Shown here: in pieces, positions 9,313-19,309 of the stretch
Numbering within the stretch: the first letter of the stretch is position 1
How the letters are laid out: every line of letters starts with the position of its first letter
Assembly: GCA_965261595.1 (NCBI GenBank)
Contig: CBDHDG010000006.1
Span: forward strand, 1,600,001 to 1,664,000
Length of the DNA: 64,000 nt
Direction of reading: 5' to 3'
DNA from: a bacterium
GTDB taxonomy: Bacteria > UBA8248 > JACPRG01 > G963555815
Program-made: the position numbers and the translations under genes
The notes under the pieces: model-generated
The model's input: only the letters and a program-made list of their open reading frames with translations
What the model was told of the DNA's origin: nothing
Databases searched by the model: none

Positions 9313-10800
9313 TCAGAATCCACCCGCCGCCGCCAGCTTCGCCAGAGAAAGCGCCCCGGACGGGAAAACGCCCAGTTGCAGCGTCCCCCACACCGCGATC
9401 ACCAACCCGGCGGCCGTCAATACGCCCATCCGAAGGCGCGCGGGAGTCTCCTCCGCATCCTCGGTCCGGGACTCCCGCATGAAAATTCGCACCACCACGC
9501 CCAGGTAATAGGTCACCGCCACCACGCTGTTCAGGACCGCGATCACCACCAGCCACGTGTAGCCCGCCTCGACGGCGGCGCTGAAGATATAGACCTTTCC
9601 CATGAACCCGGCCGTCGGCGGCAAACCGGCCAGGCTGAACATGAAGAGCGCCAGAACGAGCCCCAGGACGGGCCGCCGGGATCCCAGACCGTCGTATTCG
9701 GACAACTCCAGCGTCTCCCGGCCGTCGCCGTTCGCCGCGCTCAGGGCCATGATGACGCCGAAGGCCCCGATCGTGCTCAGGGTGTACTGGAAAAGATAGA
9801 ACAACAGTCCCCCCGCGCCGGTCCGGTTCAGGGCGACCAGGGCGACGAGCAGGTATCCGGCGTGGGCGATGCTAGAGTACGCGAGCATCCGCTTGATGTT
9901 GCGCTGGGAGATGGCCGCGACGTTGCCCAGCGTCATGGTCAGAACGGCCGCCACCCAGAGGATCGCGCTCCAGTCCACGTGGAGGGCCGCGAGGGGTCCC
10001 GCGAAAACCCGGAAGAACGCCGCGAAGCCGGCGGCCTTGACGGCGGCGGCCATGAACCCGGTCACCGGGGTCGGCGCCCCTTCATAGACATCGGGCACCC
10101 ACATGTGGAACGGGACCGCCGCGACCTTGAAACCGAATCCCACCACCATCAGGCCGACGCCCGCGAGCAAAAGCCAGTCCATCCCCTCCCGGGCCCCGCC
10201 GGCCGCCAGCCTCTCGGTCAGGACGGCGTGGTCCAGGCTCCCCACGCTGCCGTAGACGAGGGCGATTCCATAAAGCAGAAATCCGGTGGCGAAGGCCCCC
10301 GTCAGGAAATACTTCATCGAGGCCTCGCTCGAGGCGGGCCGCGTCTTGAACATCCCGGCCAGGACGTAGGAGGCGATGGACATCACCTCGAGTCCCAGGA
10401 AGATGATGATCAGGTTCGTTCCCCCCGCCATCATGATCATGCCCGCGGCGGCGAACAGGAGCAGGGCATAGTACTCCCCGTTGCCGATTCCCTCCCGCGC
10501 GGCGTATTCATGGGAGAACAACAGGGTCAGACCCGTTCCCAGAACGAAGATCAGCGTGAAAGCCTGGGTGAGCCGGTCGGCGGCGAACATCCCGTTGAAG
10601 ACCCGCTGGGGCGAGTCCCAAATCCAGACGGCCGACAACGCCGCCCCCGCGAGGAACACCAGCCCGAGGCCGGCCAGCCACCCGCGGGCGTCTTTGCGGA
10701 AAATATCCACCATGAGAACCGTGATCCCACCGACGCAGAGCCAGATCAGGGGCAGGATCGCCTGTAGGTTTACATCGGGGATTTCGGGGGCCACGCTCAC
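9313..10800 (-). CDS. nuoN: NADH-quinone oxidoreductase subunit N (cluster B)
   Basis: GEYYALLLF, EASMKYF and FKVAAVPFHMWVPDVYEGAPTP; start placed at the GTG overlapping the nuoM stop. Confidence 0.95.
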   Translation of the reverse strand: MSVAPEIPDVNLQAILPLIWLCVGGITVLMVDIFRKDARGWLAGLGLVFLAGAALSAVWIWDSPQRVFNGMFAADRLTQAFTLIFVLGTGLTLLFSHEYAAREGIGNGEYYALLLFAAAGMIMMAGGTNLIIIFLGLEVMSIASYVLAGMFKTRPASSEASMKYFLTGAFATGFLLYGIALVYGSVGSLDHAVLTERLAAGGAREGMDWLLLAGVGLMVVGFGFKVAAVPFHMWVPDVYEGAPTPVTGFMAAAVKAAGFAAFFRVFAGPLAALHVDWSAILWVAAVLTMTLGNVAAISQRNIKRMLAYSSIAHAGYLLVALVALNRTGAGGLLFYLFQYTLSTIGAFGVIMALSAANGDGRETLELSEYDGLGSRRPVLGLVLALFMFSLAGLPPTAGFMGKVYIFSAAVEAGYTWLVVIAVLNSVVAVTYYLGVVVRIFMRESRTEDAEETPARLRMGVLTAAGLVIAVWGTLQLGVFPSGALSLAKLAAAGGF

Positions 10801-12350
10801 CGCCTTCCGATCAGGGCTGTAGACACGGGCATCTGCGTCAGGGCCGCGGTCCGCTCGGCCTTGGCCGCGTTCTCTCTCAGCACTCGGTCCACCGAGGCCT
10901 CCATGGAATGGAAGAAGGGTTTCGGCGCCAGGCCGATCCAGAAAATGAAGAGAACAATCGGTCCCAGGACCGCCCACTCCCGCACGCTGAGATCGGGCAG
11001 GGAGCGGTTCTCCTCGCGGGTCACCCCGCCGAAGATCATCCGCTGGACCATCCACAGCATGTACACCGCGCCCAGGATGACGCCCAGCGTCGCCCAGGCC
11101 GTCGCCCAGCGGTGGACCCGGAAGGAACCGAACAGGATGGTGAACTCGCCGACGAACCCGTTCAGTCCGGGCAAGCCGATGGAGGAGAAGGTCACAATCA
11201 GGAAGATGACCGCGTAAGCCGGAATCACCTTGGCCAGTCCGCCGTACGCTTCGATCAATCGCGTGTGCCGCCGCTCATAGATCATCCCCACCAGGAAGAA
11301 CAGGGCGCCCGTTGAAAGCCCGTGGTTCACCATCTGGAGGATGCCCCCTTCGACGCCCTGGGCGTTCATGGCGAACAGCCCCAACATCACGAACCCCAGA
11401 TGACTGACCGAGCTGTACGCAACCAGTTTCTTCACGTCCTCCTGGACGAAGGCCATCAGCGCTCCATAGAGAATGCCAAGAACGGACAGCACAACGATGA
11501 ACGGCGTGTAGTCCCGGGCCGCCAGCGGAAAGAAGGGGATGGCGAACCGGATGAACCCGTACGTCCCCATCTTCAGCAGAACCCCCGCCAGGATGACGCT
11601 CGCGGCGGTGGGGGCCTCCACGTGGGCGTCCGGCAGCCAGGTGTGAAACGGGAACATGGGGACCTTGATCGCGAAGGCCAGGAAAAACGCGCCGAACAGC
11701 CACCACTGGACATCCCCCGGGAGACCGAGGCCGTTCAGCTCCTGATAACCGAACGTCAGGACGCCCGTGCTCTTGTAATTCAGGTAAACCATCACCAGCA
11801 CCGCGACCAGCATCAAGACGCTTCCCGCCATCGTGTACAAGAAGAACTTGACGGCCGCGTAAATCCGCCGCTCGCCGCCCCAGACGCCGATCAGCAGGGC
11901 CATGGGGATCAGCATCACCTCCCAGAACACGTAGAACAGGAACATGTCCAGGGCGACGAAGACCCCCAGCATGGCCGTCTCCAGCAAAAGCATGGAAACG
12001 TAAAACCCCTTGACCCGATGCTGGATGTCTTTCCACGAGCCGAGGATCGCCAGCGGCGTCAGGAAGGCGGTCAGCAGGACCATCCACAGACTGATGCCGT
12101 CCACGCCCAACCGGTAGCCGATGCCGAAGCCCGGGATCCACGAAGCGGTCTCCGTGAACTGCATCGCGCCCACTTCGGGACGGAACGCGGCGTACATCAC
12201 CAGCGCGAGAACGAACGTGGCGATGGACACCGCGAAGGCAATCCCCTTCACCGCGGCCGGCTCCCGGCGGCTCCAGACCCCCACCAGGATCGCGCCGGCC
12301 AGGGGCAGGAACACGATCCAGCTCAACATCGGAAATCCCGGAGAATTCAT
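10797..12350 (-). CDS. nuoM: NADH-quinone oxidoreductase subunit M (cluster B)
   Basis: 517 aa; FYVFWEVML and KVPMFPFHTWLPDAHVEAPT. Confidence 0.96.
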   Translation of the reverse strand: MNSPGFPMLSWIVFLPLAGAILVGVWSRREPAAVKGIAFAVSIATFVLALVMYAAFRPEVGAMQFTETASWIPGFGIGYRLGVDGISLWMVLLTAFLTPLAILGSWKDIQHRVKGFYVSMLLLETAMLGVFVALDMFLFYVFWEVMLIPMALLIGVWGGERRIYAAVKFFLYTMAGSVLMLVAVLVMVYLNYKSTGVLTFGYQELNGLGLPGDVQWWLFGAFFLAFAIKVPMFPFHTWLPDAHVEAPTAASVILAGVLLKMGTYGFIRFAIPFFPLAARDYTPFIVVLSVLGILYGALMAFVQEDVKKLVAYSSVSHLGFVMLGLFAMNAQGVEGGILQMVNHGLSTGALFFLVGMIYERRHTRLIEAYGGLAKVIPAYAVIFLIVTFSSIGLPGLNGFVGEFTILFGSFRVHRWATAWATLGVILGAVYMLWMVQRMIFGGVTREENRSLPDLSVREWAVLGPIVLFIFWIGLAPKPFFHSMEASVDRVLRENAAKAERTAALTQMPVSTALIGRR

Positions 12351-12386
12351 TGCGTCCCGTTCATGCCCCGCCGTATCGCCGAAAAA

Positions 12387-14297
12387 TCAGCGCCAGGAAT
12401 AAAACAACGCGATGGCAGCTATCCCGGCCACCATAGACAACAGGTACGTCTTCGTATGCCCCGTCTGCAAAGCCCGAACCACGCCGGACAAATTCCGGAA
12501 GGCCCCGCCCACGCCGTTGACCAGCCCGTCCACCAGCAAGATGTCCACGCCCCTCCACAGGGCAAGCGCCGTGTTTCTCAGCGGGATGACGAACAGGCTG
12601 TCGTAGAGCTCGTCCACGTAGAATTTGTTCAGAAGAAGCCGGTGCAACGCGGGGAAGCGGTCCGCCGCCATCTTCGCCAATTCCGGCCGGGCCAGGTGCA
12701 TCCGGTGAGCCAGGAAGATTCCAAAACCCGCCACCGCCAGAGAAACGGCCATCAGGCCAACCTCCAGGCCCACACCTCCGTGGGCCTCCACCGATCCGGC
12801 GGCCCCCGCGAAGACCGGCGCCAGGAAGTCCCCGAGGACGTCGGCCCCCTGAATGATGGGGATGCCCACCCATCCGCCGATGACGGCCAGGACCCCGAGG
12901 ACCACCAGCGGCAGGGTCATGACAGCGGGCGACTCGTGCGGCTGGGGCGCGGCCGCGCCCCCGTAGCGGAAAGCGCCGTGGAAGGTCAGGAAGATGCACC
13001 GGAACATATAGTAGGCCGTCAGTCCCGCGACGAGGACGCCCAGCCCCCAGAACACGGGGCGGCCGCCCGCCCAGGCCTTCCAGAGGATTGCGTCCTTGCT
13101 GAAGAAACCCGCCAGGGGGAAGATCCCCGCCAGCGCCAACCCGCCGATCACAAACGTCCAATGCGTCGTCGGCATATGGCGTCTGAGATCGCCCATCTTG
13201 CGGATGTCCTGCTCCCCGCCCATGGCGTGGATGACGCTGCCGGACCCCAGGAAGAGAAGGGCCTTGAAGAAGGCGTGCATGATGAGATGGAAGATCGCCG
13301 CGCCGAACGCCCCCAGGCCGCAGGCCAGGAACATGTAACCGAGCTGGCTGATCGTCGAGTAAGCGAGCACCCGCTTGATGTCGGTCTGGACCAGGGCGAT
13401 CAGGGCGGCCATCAGCGCCGTCGCCATCCCGACGGCCGCCACCGTGAGGAGGACGCCGGGCGCCAACAGAAACAGGACGTGGGTGCGGGCGACCAGGTAG
13501 ACGCCGGCGGTCACCATCGTGGCGGCGTGAATGAGCGCGCTGACCGGAGTCGGTCCCTCCATGGCGTCCGGGAGCCAGGTGTAGAGGGGAATTTGCGCCG
13601 ACTTGCCCGTGGCCCCCAGAAAGAGGAGGAGCGTGATGGCCGTCACAACCGCGCCTCCGGCGGAGAGCTTCTCCGGCGCGGCGGCGAACACCCCCGCGTA
13701 ATCCAGCGTCCCGAACGTCGAGAAAATCAGGAACACCGCGATGGCGAACCCGAAATCACCGATCCGGTTGACGATGAAGGCCTTCTTCCCGGCGTCGGTC
13801 GCGGACTTCTTCTCGAACCAGAAACCGATGAGCAGGTAGGAGCAAAGCCCCACGCCCTCCCAGCCGACAAACAGGACCAGGAAATTATCGGCCAGAACCA
13901 GGATCAACATCGCGAAGAGAAACAGGTTCAGATAAGCGAAATACCGGGTCCGCCCCGGATCTTCGCGCATGTAGCCGATGGAATACACGTGAATGATGAA
14001 TCCGACGCCCGTCACCACGAGGCTCATCACCGCCGAGAGGGGATCGAAAAGGAAGGACGCCCGGACGACAAAATCCCCGGCGGAGATCCAGGTGTAGAGG
14101 GTCTGGTGAACGGACCTGGCCGAAACCTCCAGGCCGAGGAGCGAGATGAACGCCCAGACGGACGCGGCGAAGCTCAGGCCGACCGCGGCGCAGGCGATGA
14201 GACCGGCGTTGCGCGCTCCCGTCCACCGGCCGAACACGCCGTTCATCACCGCCCCCACGGCGGGAAACAGAAGAATCCACCAGAGATTTTCGAGCAT
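12387..14297 (-). CDS. nuoL: NADH-quinone oxidoreductase subunit L (cluster B), standard length
   Basis: 636 aa; GKSAQIPLYTWLPDAMEGPTP; a single VDGLVNG motif in the C-terminal helix. Confidence 0.96.
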   Translation of the reverse strand: MLENLWWILLFPAVGAVMNGVFGRWTGARNAGLIACAAVGLSFAASVWAFISLLGLEVSARSVHQTLYTWISAGDFVVRASFLFDPLSAVMSLVVTGVGFIIHVYSIGYMREDPGRTRYFAYLNLFLFAMLILVLADNFLVLFVGWEGVGLCSYLLIGFWFEKKSATDAGKKAFIVNRIGDFGFAIAVFLIFSTFGTLDYAGVFAAAPEKLSAGGAVVTAITLLLFLGATGKSAQIPLYTWLPDAMEGPTPVSALIHAATMVTAGVYLVARTHVLFLLAPGVLLTVAAVGMATALMAALIALVQTDIKRVLAYSTISQLGYMFLACGLGAFGAAIFHLIMHAFFKALLFLGSGSVIHAMGGEQDIRKMGDLRRHMPTTHWTFVIGGLALAGIFPLAGFFSKDAILWKAWAGGRPVFWGLGVLVAGLTAYYMFRCIFLTFHGAFRYGGAAAPQPHESPAVMTLPLVVLGVLAVIGGWVGIPIIQGADVLGDFLAPVFAGAAGSVEAHGGVGLEVGLMAVSLAVAGFGIFLAHRMHLARPELAKMAADRFPALHRLLLNKFYVDELYDSLFVIPLRNTALALWRGVDILLVDGLVNGVGGAFRNLSGVVRALQTGHTKTYLLSMVAGIAAIALFYSWR

Positions 14298-14301
14298 GGC
14301 T

Positions 14302-14604
14302 TTACATTCTGAGCAGGTTGACTTCGTCCACGTCCACGGACTGCTTGTGGCGATAGATCGAAATGATGATGACGAGTCCCACAGCCGCCTCGGCCGCGGC
14401 CACCGTCATGACGAAGAAGACCAGAATCTGCCCATCCAACGTTTGAAGGAACCGCGAAAACGCGACGAGCGTCAGGTTCGCGGCGTTCAGCATCAACTCG
14501 ATGGACATGAAGATTACGATGACGTTTCGGCGCAAAAGCACACCGATGACGCCCAGGGTGAACAGGACGGCGCTGAGAATCAGATAGTGCGACAGCGGAA
14601 CCAA
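14302..14604 (-). CDS. nuoK: NADH-quinone oxidoreductase subunit K (cluster B)
   Basis: [19 protein letters not shown] and [12 protein letters not shown] start behind GAGGAAG. Confidence 0.94.
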   Translation of the reverse strand: MVPLSHYLILSAVLFTLGVIGVLLRRNVIVIFMSIELMLNAANLTLVAFSRFLQTLDGQILVFFVMTVAAAEAAVGLVIIISIYRHKQSVDVDEVNLLRM

Positions 14605-14652
14605 ATCACTTCCTCTCCGCGGTGACGCCGCGTTTCTCACAAAGATGTCGGC

Positions 14653-15162
14653 TCATTCGCTCCGCCTCGCCAGGACCACCGCTCCGATGATGGCCACGAA
14701 CAGCAGGATCGACGTAATCTCGAAGGGCAGCAGGTAATCGGTGAACAGGAGCCGGCCGATCGCTTTGACGTTCCCCACCTCGGCCAACCGCTCCGGCGAA
14801 AACGGGCCGACAGGCGCCGGCTGCGGAATCCCGCGCGTCCGGACGAAGAGGAAGACGAGGAGACCCAGGGCCATCAGCAAGCCCGCGACCTTCTGGCCCT
14901 TGAGCTTAATCGGCGTCCTCTTCTCGGCCCCCACGTTCAACAACATGATGACGAACAGAAACAGGACCATGATGGCCCCCGCGTAAACCAACACCTGGAT
15001 GGCCGCGATGAATTCCGCGTGCAGGAGCAAAAAGATGCAGGCCAGGCTGAACAACGTCCCGATGAGGTAGAGGGCGCTGTAGACGGCGTTCCTCGAAGAG
15101 ATCACCATCAGCGCCGTCCCCACGGCCGCGACCGCAAAAATGTAGAACAGGACCGCCGGCAT
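14653..15162 (-). CDS. nuoJ: NADH-quinone oxidoreductase subunit J (cluster B)
   Basis: AEFIAAIQVLVYAGAIMVLFLFVIMLL and YLLPFEITS. Confidence 0.95.
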   Translation of the reverse strand: MPAVLFYIFAVAAVGTALMVISSRNAVYSALYLIGTLFSLACIFLLLHAEFIAAIQVLVYAGAIMVLFLFVIMLLNVGAEKRTPIKLKGQKVAGLLMALGLLVFLFVRTRGIPQPAPVGPFSPERLAEVGNVKAIGRLLFTDYLLPFEITSILLFVAIIGAVVLARRSE

Positions 15163-15164
15163 GC

Positions 15165-15683
15165 TTATCCCCGCCCTCCGCCGCTTGGGACCCGCCTGCC
15201 GCCGATCGGCACCGTGACTTCCCGAGGCTCCGGCTCGGCGGGTCGTCCCTCGACCGGCGGAACGAGCAGCCTCTCCTTCCCGTAGAGCATGGATTCCCGG
15301 TCATAGTCGCAAAATTCGTAACCCTCGCCCAGGACGATGGCATCCACCGGGCAGGCCTCTTCGCACATTCCGCAATAGATGCAGCGGAGCTCGTTGATCT
15401 CGTAGATCGATGCGTACCGCTCCCCCGGAGAGACACGTTGGTCGGGCGTGTTTTCCTCCGATTCTATATAAATGCAGTCCACCGGGCAGGCCGCCTGACA
15501 GAGTTTGCAGCCAATGCAGCGCTCCATCCCCGCGTAGGGGCCGTCTTCATATCGCATCAGCTTGTGAAGACCCCGGTAGCCCGGCACCATCGGAACCCGC
15601 TCTTCGGGGTATTGGACGGTGATCGGCCTCTTGAACAAATGCCGGAACGTCAGCGCGAGGCCTTTTCCCAACTCGGTAATCAT
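15165..15683 (-). CDS. nuoI: NADH-quinone oxidoreductase subunit I (cluster B)
   Basis: TVQYPEE and two CxxCxxCxxxCP motifs (CIGCKLCQAACP, CIYCGMCEEACP). Confidence 0.96.
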   Translation of the reverse strand: MITELGKGLALTFRHLFKRPITVQYPEERVPMVPGYRGLHKLMRYEDGPYAGMERCIGCKLCQAACPVDCIYIESEENTPDQRVSPGERYASIYEINELRCIYCGMCEEACPVDAIVLGEGYEFCDYDRESMLYGKERLLVPPVEGRPAEPEPREVTVPIGGRRVPSGGGRG

Positions 15684-15711
15684 CGGATTTTCCTCACGGT
15701 GGTATGGCTCA

Positions 15712-16695
15712 TCAGCCCCAGAACGCCAGGACGCCGGCCGTGATCAGGATATTGGCGAGGGCCAGCGGGAGAAGGATCTTCCAGCCGAAGTCCATGAGCT
15801 GATCGTACCGGATCCGGGGAAACGTCGCCCGAACCCAGATGAACACGAACAGGAAGAAAAACGTCTTGAGGAGGAACCAGACAACGGGCGGCAGCAGCGG
15901 TCCCTGCCAACCGCCCAAAAAGAGCGTCGAGGCCAGAGCCGAGATCGTGATCATTCCCGCATACTCGCTCATGAAGAACATGGCGAACTTCATGCTGCTG
16001 TACTCGGTGTGGTATCCGGCCACCAGCTCGGTCTCGGCCTCCGGCAAGTCGAACGGGGACCGGTTGACCTCCGCGACCCCCGCGACCATGAACAGCGCGA
16101 ACCCGAGCGGCTGAAGAAGGATGAACGGAACCTTGGCCTGGGCTTCAACGATGTCCACCAAACTCAGGGACCCGGTCAGCATGATCACCCCCACGACCGA
16201 AAGGCCCAGCGTGAGTTCGTAACTGATCATCTGCGCCGAGGCCCGAAGCCCCCCCAGCAGGGAATATTTGCTGTTGGACGACCACCCCGCCATCACGAAC
16301 CCGAGCACCCCCAGGGACGACAGCGCGAAGAAGTACAAAATCCCGATGTTCACGTCGGCGATCACCAAGTCCACCGAGACGCCGAGGACGGTCACCGAGT
16401 CGCCGAACGGGATGATGGCGAACGAGGCGATGGCCGGGATCAGGGTCATCATCGGGGCCGCCACGAAAACCCACCGGTTGGCCTCGCGGGGGATCACGTC
16501 TTCCTTGAACATGAGCTTGATCCCGTCGGCGATGGGCTGAAGCAGGCCGTGAAATCCCACCCGCATCGGGCCCAAGCGGACCTGAATCCGCCCCATGAGC
16601 TTCCGCTCCATATAGGTCATGTAGGCCACAACCAAAAGGAGGATGTTGAAGACGATTACGATCTTCACCACCGTCGCCAGCACAAAGGAGATCAT
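15712..16695 (-). CDS. nuoH: NADH-quinone oxidoreductase subunit H (cluster B)
   Basis: ERKLMGRIQVRLGP and [19 protein letters not shown] at 16695 overlaps the nuoG stop. Confidence 0.95.
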   Translation of the reverse strand: MISFVLATVVKIVIVFNILLLVVAYMTYMERKLMGRIQVRLGPMRVGFHGLLQPIADGIKLMFKEDVIPREANRWVFVAAPMMTLIPAIASFAIIPFGDSVTVLGVSVDLVIADVNIGILYFFALSSLGVLGFVMAGWSSNSKYSLLGGLRASAQMISYELTLGLSVVGVIMLTGSLSLVDIVEAQAKVPFILLQPLGFALFMVAGVAEVNRSPFDLPEAETELVAGYHTEYSSMKFAMFFMSEYAGMITISALASTLFLGGWQGPLLPPVVWFLLKTFFFLFVFIWVRATFPRIRYDQLMDFGWKILLPLALANILITAGVLAFWG

Positions 16696-19250
16696 CCCGC
16701 CCGTTTCTCCAAAGTGACCGCCGGAACCGGCTCGCCGGCCGACAAGAGAACGTTCGAAGGGGAATCCCCCGCGCCGCTCGGGACGTAGACCGCCCCCGGC
16801 GGGGTTTTCCGGTCGACGCGCACCGTAACGGAGATTTTCCCCCTCGGTGAAGACAGGTTTACGGCCTCCCCCTCGGAAACCCCGAGGGCGGCCGCGGCAT
16901 CGGGATGAATCTCGGCGTACGCCTGCGGGCCGGCGGCCTGAATGGCCTTCGACTCGGCCGCCATCGCGCCCGTCGAAAAGAGCATCGGAGAAGTCAGAAG
17001 CCGCAGGCCCCCCGCGCGGGAAGCACCCGCCGCGTCGGCCGCGCCCCCGCCGGAAGATCCCGGCTTCGCCCGCTCCGAGGGGAGCGCTTCCGCCGCCCAC
17101 CGGAACCCGCCCTTCTCCGGCCCGCCGTTTCCGATGCCAGCATAGGCCGGAATCACTTTTTCGATCTCCTCCTGAACGGCGCCCAGGCTGTCCATCCGGT
17201 TCGGCGCGCCGAACCGGCTCATGATCTCCTCGATGATCTCCCAATCCGGCCGGACGCCGGCGCTCGGCCGGACGGCGACGGCGAGCGCCTGGACGTGACG
17301 GCCGACGCCCGTCACCGTTCCCCCGATTTCCGTCGGCGCCCCGGCGGGGAGGACAACGTCCGCATACGCCGCCGATAAATTCGGCAGGCTGTCCTGAACC
17401 ACCAAAAACTCCAGGCCGTCCAGGGCCGCCCGCACGGCCTCCGGATCAGGGAAGTCCCGAGCCGGATCCGCCCCCATGAGGTAGAGGGCCTTGATCCGGC
17501 CTTTCCGGACGGCCGCAAGGATTCCTTGCGCATCCAACCCCGCCCAGTCGGGATACCGGAGGACGCCGGCCTCGAAGAGCGCGTTGTCTCTGCCCACGGG
17601 GAGGTAACCGGGGAAGGCGTAGGGAAGACATCCCATGTCCATCGCGCCCTGAAGGTTCGGCCCGGTGTGAAGGTAGCCGCCCCGGGCGCCGGGGAGCGCC
17701 GACTCCAGTCCGGCGAACAGCGGCGCGGCCGAGGCGTCGCCGACGCCCGGCCCCATCAGCAGGGTGCAGCCTCCGGCCGCTCCGATGATCTCGGCGGCGC
17801 GGCGGAGGTCGTCCGGGCCGACGCCGGCCGTCTCGGCCAACGCGCCCAGCGGGGCTTCCGCTCCGGGAGGCGGCGACAGATCCGCGCCCCCCTCCTTCAA
17901 CGCCGCCCAAAGCCCGAGCATCAGGGCGCGCTCCGCTCCGGGCGCGTACTGAAGACGGACCGCCACGGGCGTATTCACCGAGACCCGCCGGGGATGGGCC
18001 AAAACCAGTTTCCCGCCCGCCTGGACGGCCTTCCGCAGCCGGAGCGCCAGGATGGGGTGCTCATAGAACAGGTCGGCCCCCAACACGAAGGCCGCCGGTG
18101 ATTTTTCCAGGTCCTCGAAGCCCAGGCTCAACCCCGGATATCCGCGCGCCCGAATGTAGGCGTCGGTGGCGGCCAGATCCAGGGGCTGGGTGCGCGCATC
18201 GACGTGGTTCGTGCCCAGGACCCCGCGGAGCATCTTCTGGAACAGGTAGGCGGCCTCATTGGTGGACCGCGCGCCCCCGATGCCCGCGACGGCCGCCGGG
18301 CCGTTTTCGTCCCGGACGCTTCGGAGGGTCTCGACGGTCCGGGTCAGAGTCTCCTCCCAGGTCTTCTCGGTCCGGGCCCGCGCGCGGCCCGCCGCCGGGG
18401 ATCGCAGCCGGTTCGGGCTTCCGACGAACTCCATGCCCCAGCGGCCGGCGTCGCAGATCCAGGTCTCGTTGACGGCCTCGTTGTGGCCCGCCGTCACGCG
18501 TCTGATGTCGTTCTCCCGGGTCCAGACCGTGCTCGAGCACTGAACCGGGCAGAGCAGGCAGGGGACCTCCATCTCCTCCATCTCCCAAACGCGCGCCTTG
18601 AACCGATAGGGTTTATTGGTCAACGCGCCCACCGGACAAAGGTCGATCACGTTCCCGGAGACGGTGGATTTCACGGAGACGTCTAGACCGTGGTAGGTGT
18701 CCACCATCGTCCGGTCGCCCCGATCCACGAAACCAAATTCGCTCGCCCCGTCGATCTCCTCGCTGAACCGGATGCAGCGCGTGCAATGGACGCACCGGTT
18801 CATCTCGGGCTCGATGTACGCGCTGATCTCCAGCTTGGGGTAGGTGCGCCGGACGAACTCGCTGCGGGTGATCGACTTGCCGAAGGCCATCGTGATGTCC
18901 TGGAGGGGGCATTCCCCCCCCTGGTCGCAGATGGGGCAGTCCAGTGGGTGGTTGAGGAGAAGGAACTCGACGACGCCCTTCTGGGCCTGGACGGCGACTT
19001 CGGAGGTGGTCGAGACGACCATCCCGTCGGCCACGGGCGTCGAGCAGGCAGTGAAAGGTCTCGGCGCGGCCCCCGGAGGCGGGGCCGGCTGCTGGATCTC
19101 CACCATGCACTGCCGGCATTGCGCCACAACGGACAGCTTCGGATGGTAGCAGAACCGGGGGATGTAGATCCCCAGCGCGTCGGCCGCCTGGATGATGGTC
19201 GAGCCGCGCTTGACGGTGATCGTTTTTCCATCGATGGTGACGGTCGGCAT
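16692..19250 (-). CDS. nuoG: NADH-quinone oxidoreductase subunit G
   Basis: MPTVTIDG start; PRFCYH..CRQC, HPLDCPICDQGGEC, CVHCTRC and an N7-type CLLCPVQC...C motif. Confidence 0.95.
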   Translation of the reverse strand: MPTVTIDGKTITVKRGSTIIQAADALGIYIPRFCYHPKLSVVAQCRQCMVEIQQPAPPPGAAPRPFTACSTPVADGMVVSTTSEVAVQAQKGVVEFLLLNHPLDCPICDQGGECPLQDITMAFGKSITRSEFVRRTYPKLEISAYIEPEMNRCVHCTRCIRFSEEIDGASEFGFVDRGDRTMVDTYHGLDVSVKSTVSGNVIDLCPVGALTNKPYRFKARVWEMEEMEVPCLLCPVQCSSTVWTRENDIRRVTAGHNEAVNETWICDAGRWGMEFVGSPNRLRSPAAGRARARTEKTWEETLTRTVETLRSVRDENGPAAVAGIGGARSTNEAAYLFQKMLRGVLGTNHVDARTQPLDLAATDAYIRARGYPGLSLGFEDLEKSPAAFVLGADLFYEHPILALRLRKAVQAGGKLVLAHPRRVSVNTPVAVRLQYAPGAERALMLGLWAALKEGGADLSPPPGAEAPLGALAETAGVGPDDLRRAAEIIGAAGGCTLLMGPGVGDASAAPLFAGLESALPGARGGYLHTGPNLQGAMDMGCLPYAFPGYLPVGRDNALFEAGVLRYPDWAGLDAQGILAAVRKGRIKALYLMGADPARDFPDPEAVRAALDGLEFLVVQDSLPNLSAAYADVVLPAGAPTEIGGTVTGVGRHVQALAVAVRPSAGVRPDWEIIEEIMSRFGAPNRMDSLGAVQEEIEKVIPAYAGIGNGGPEKGGFRWAAEALPSERAKPGSSGGGAADAAGASRAGGLRLLTSPMLFSTGAMAAESKAIQAAGPQAYAEIHPDAAAALGVSEGEAVNLSSPRGKISVTVRVDRKTPPGAVYVPSGAGDSPSNVLLSAGEPVPAVTLEKRAG

Positions 19251-19309
19251 GAATTCCCTACCTCTTGATTTCGAAAAGGGGCGGTGGCTTGCCTGCCCGC
19301 GCCTTTCTT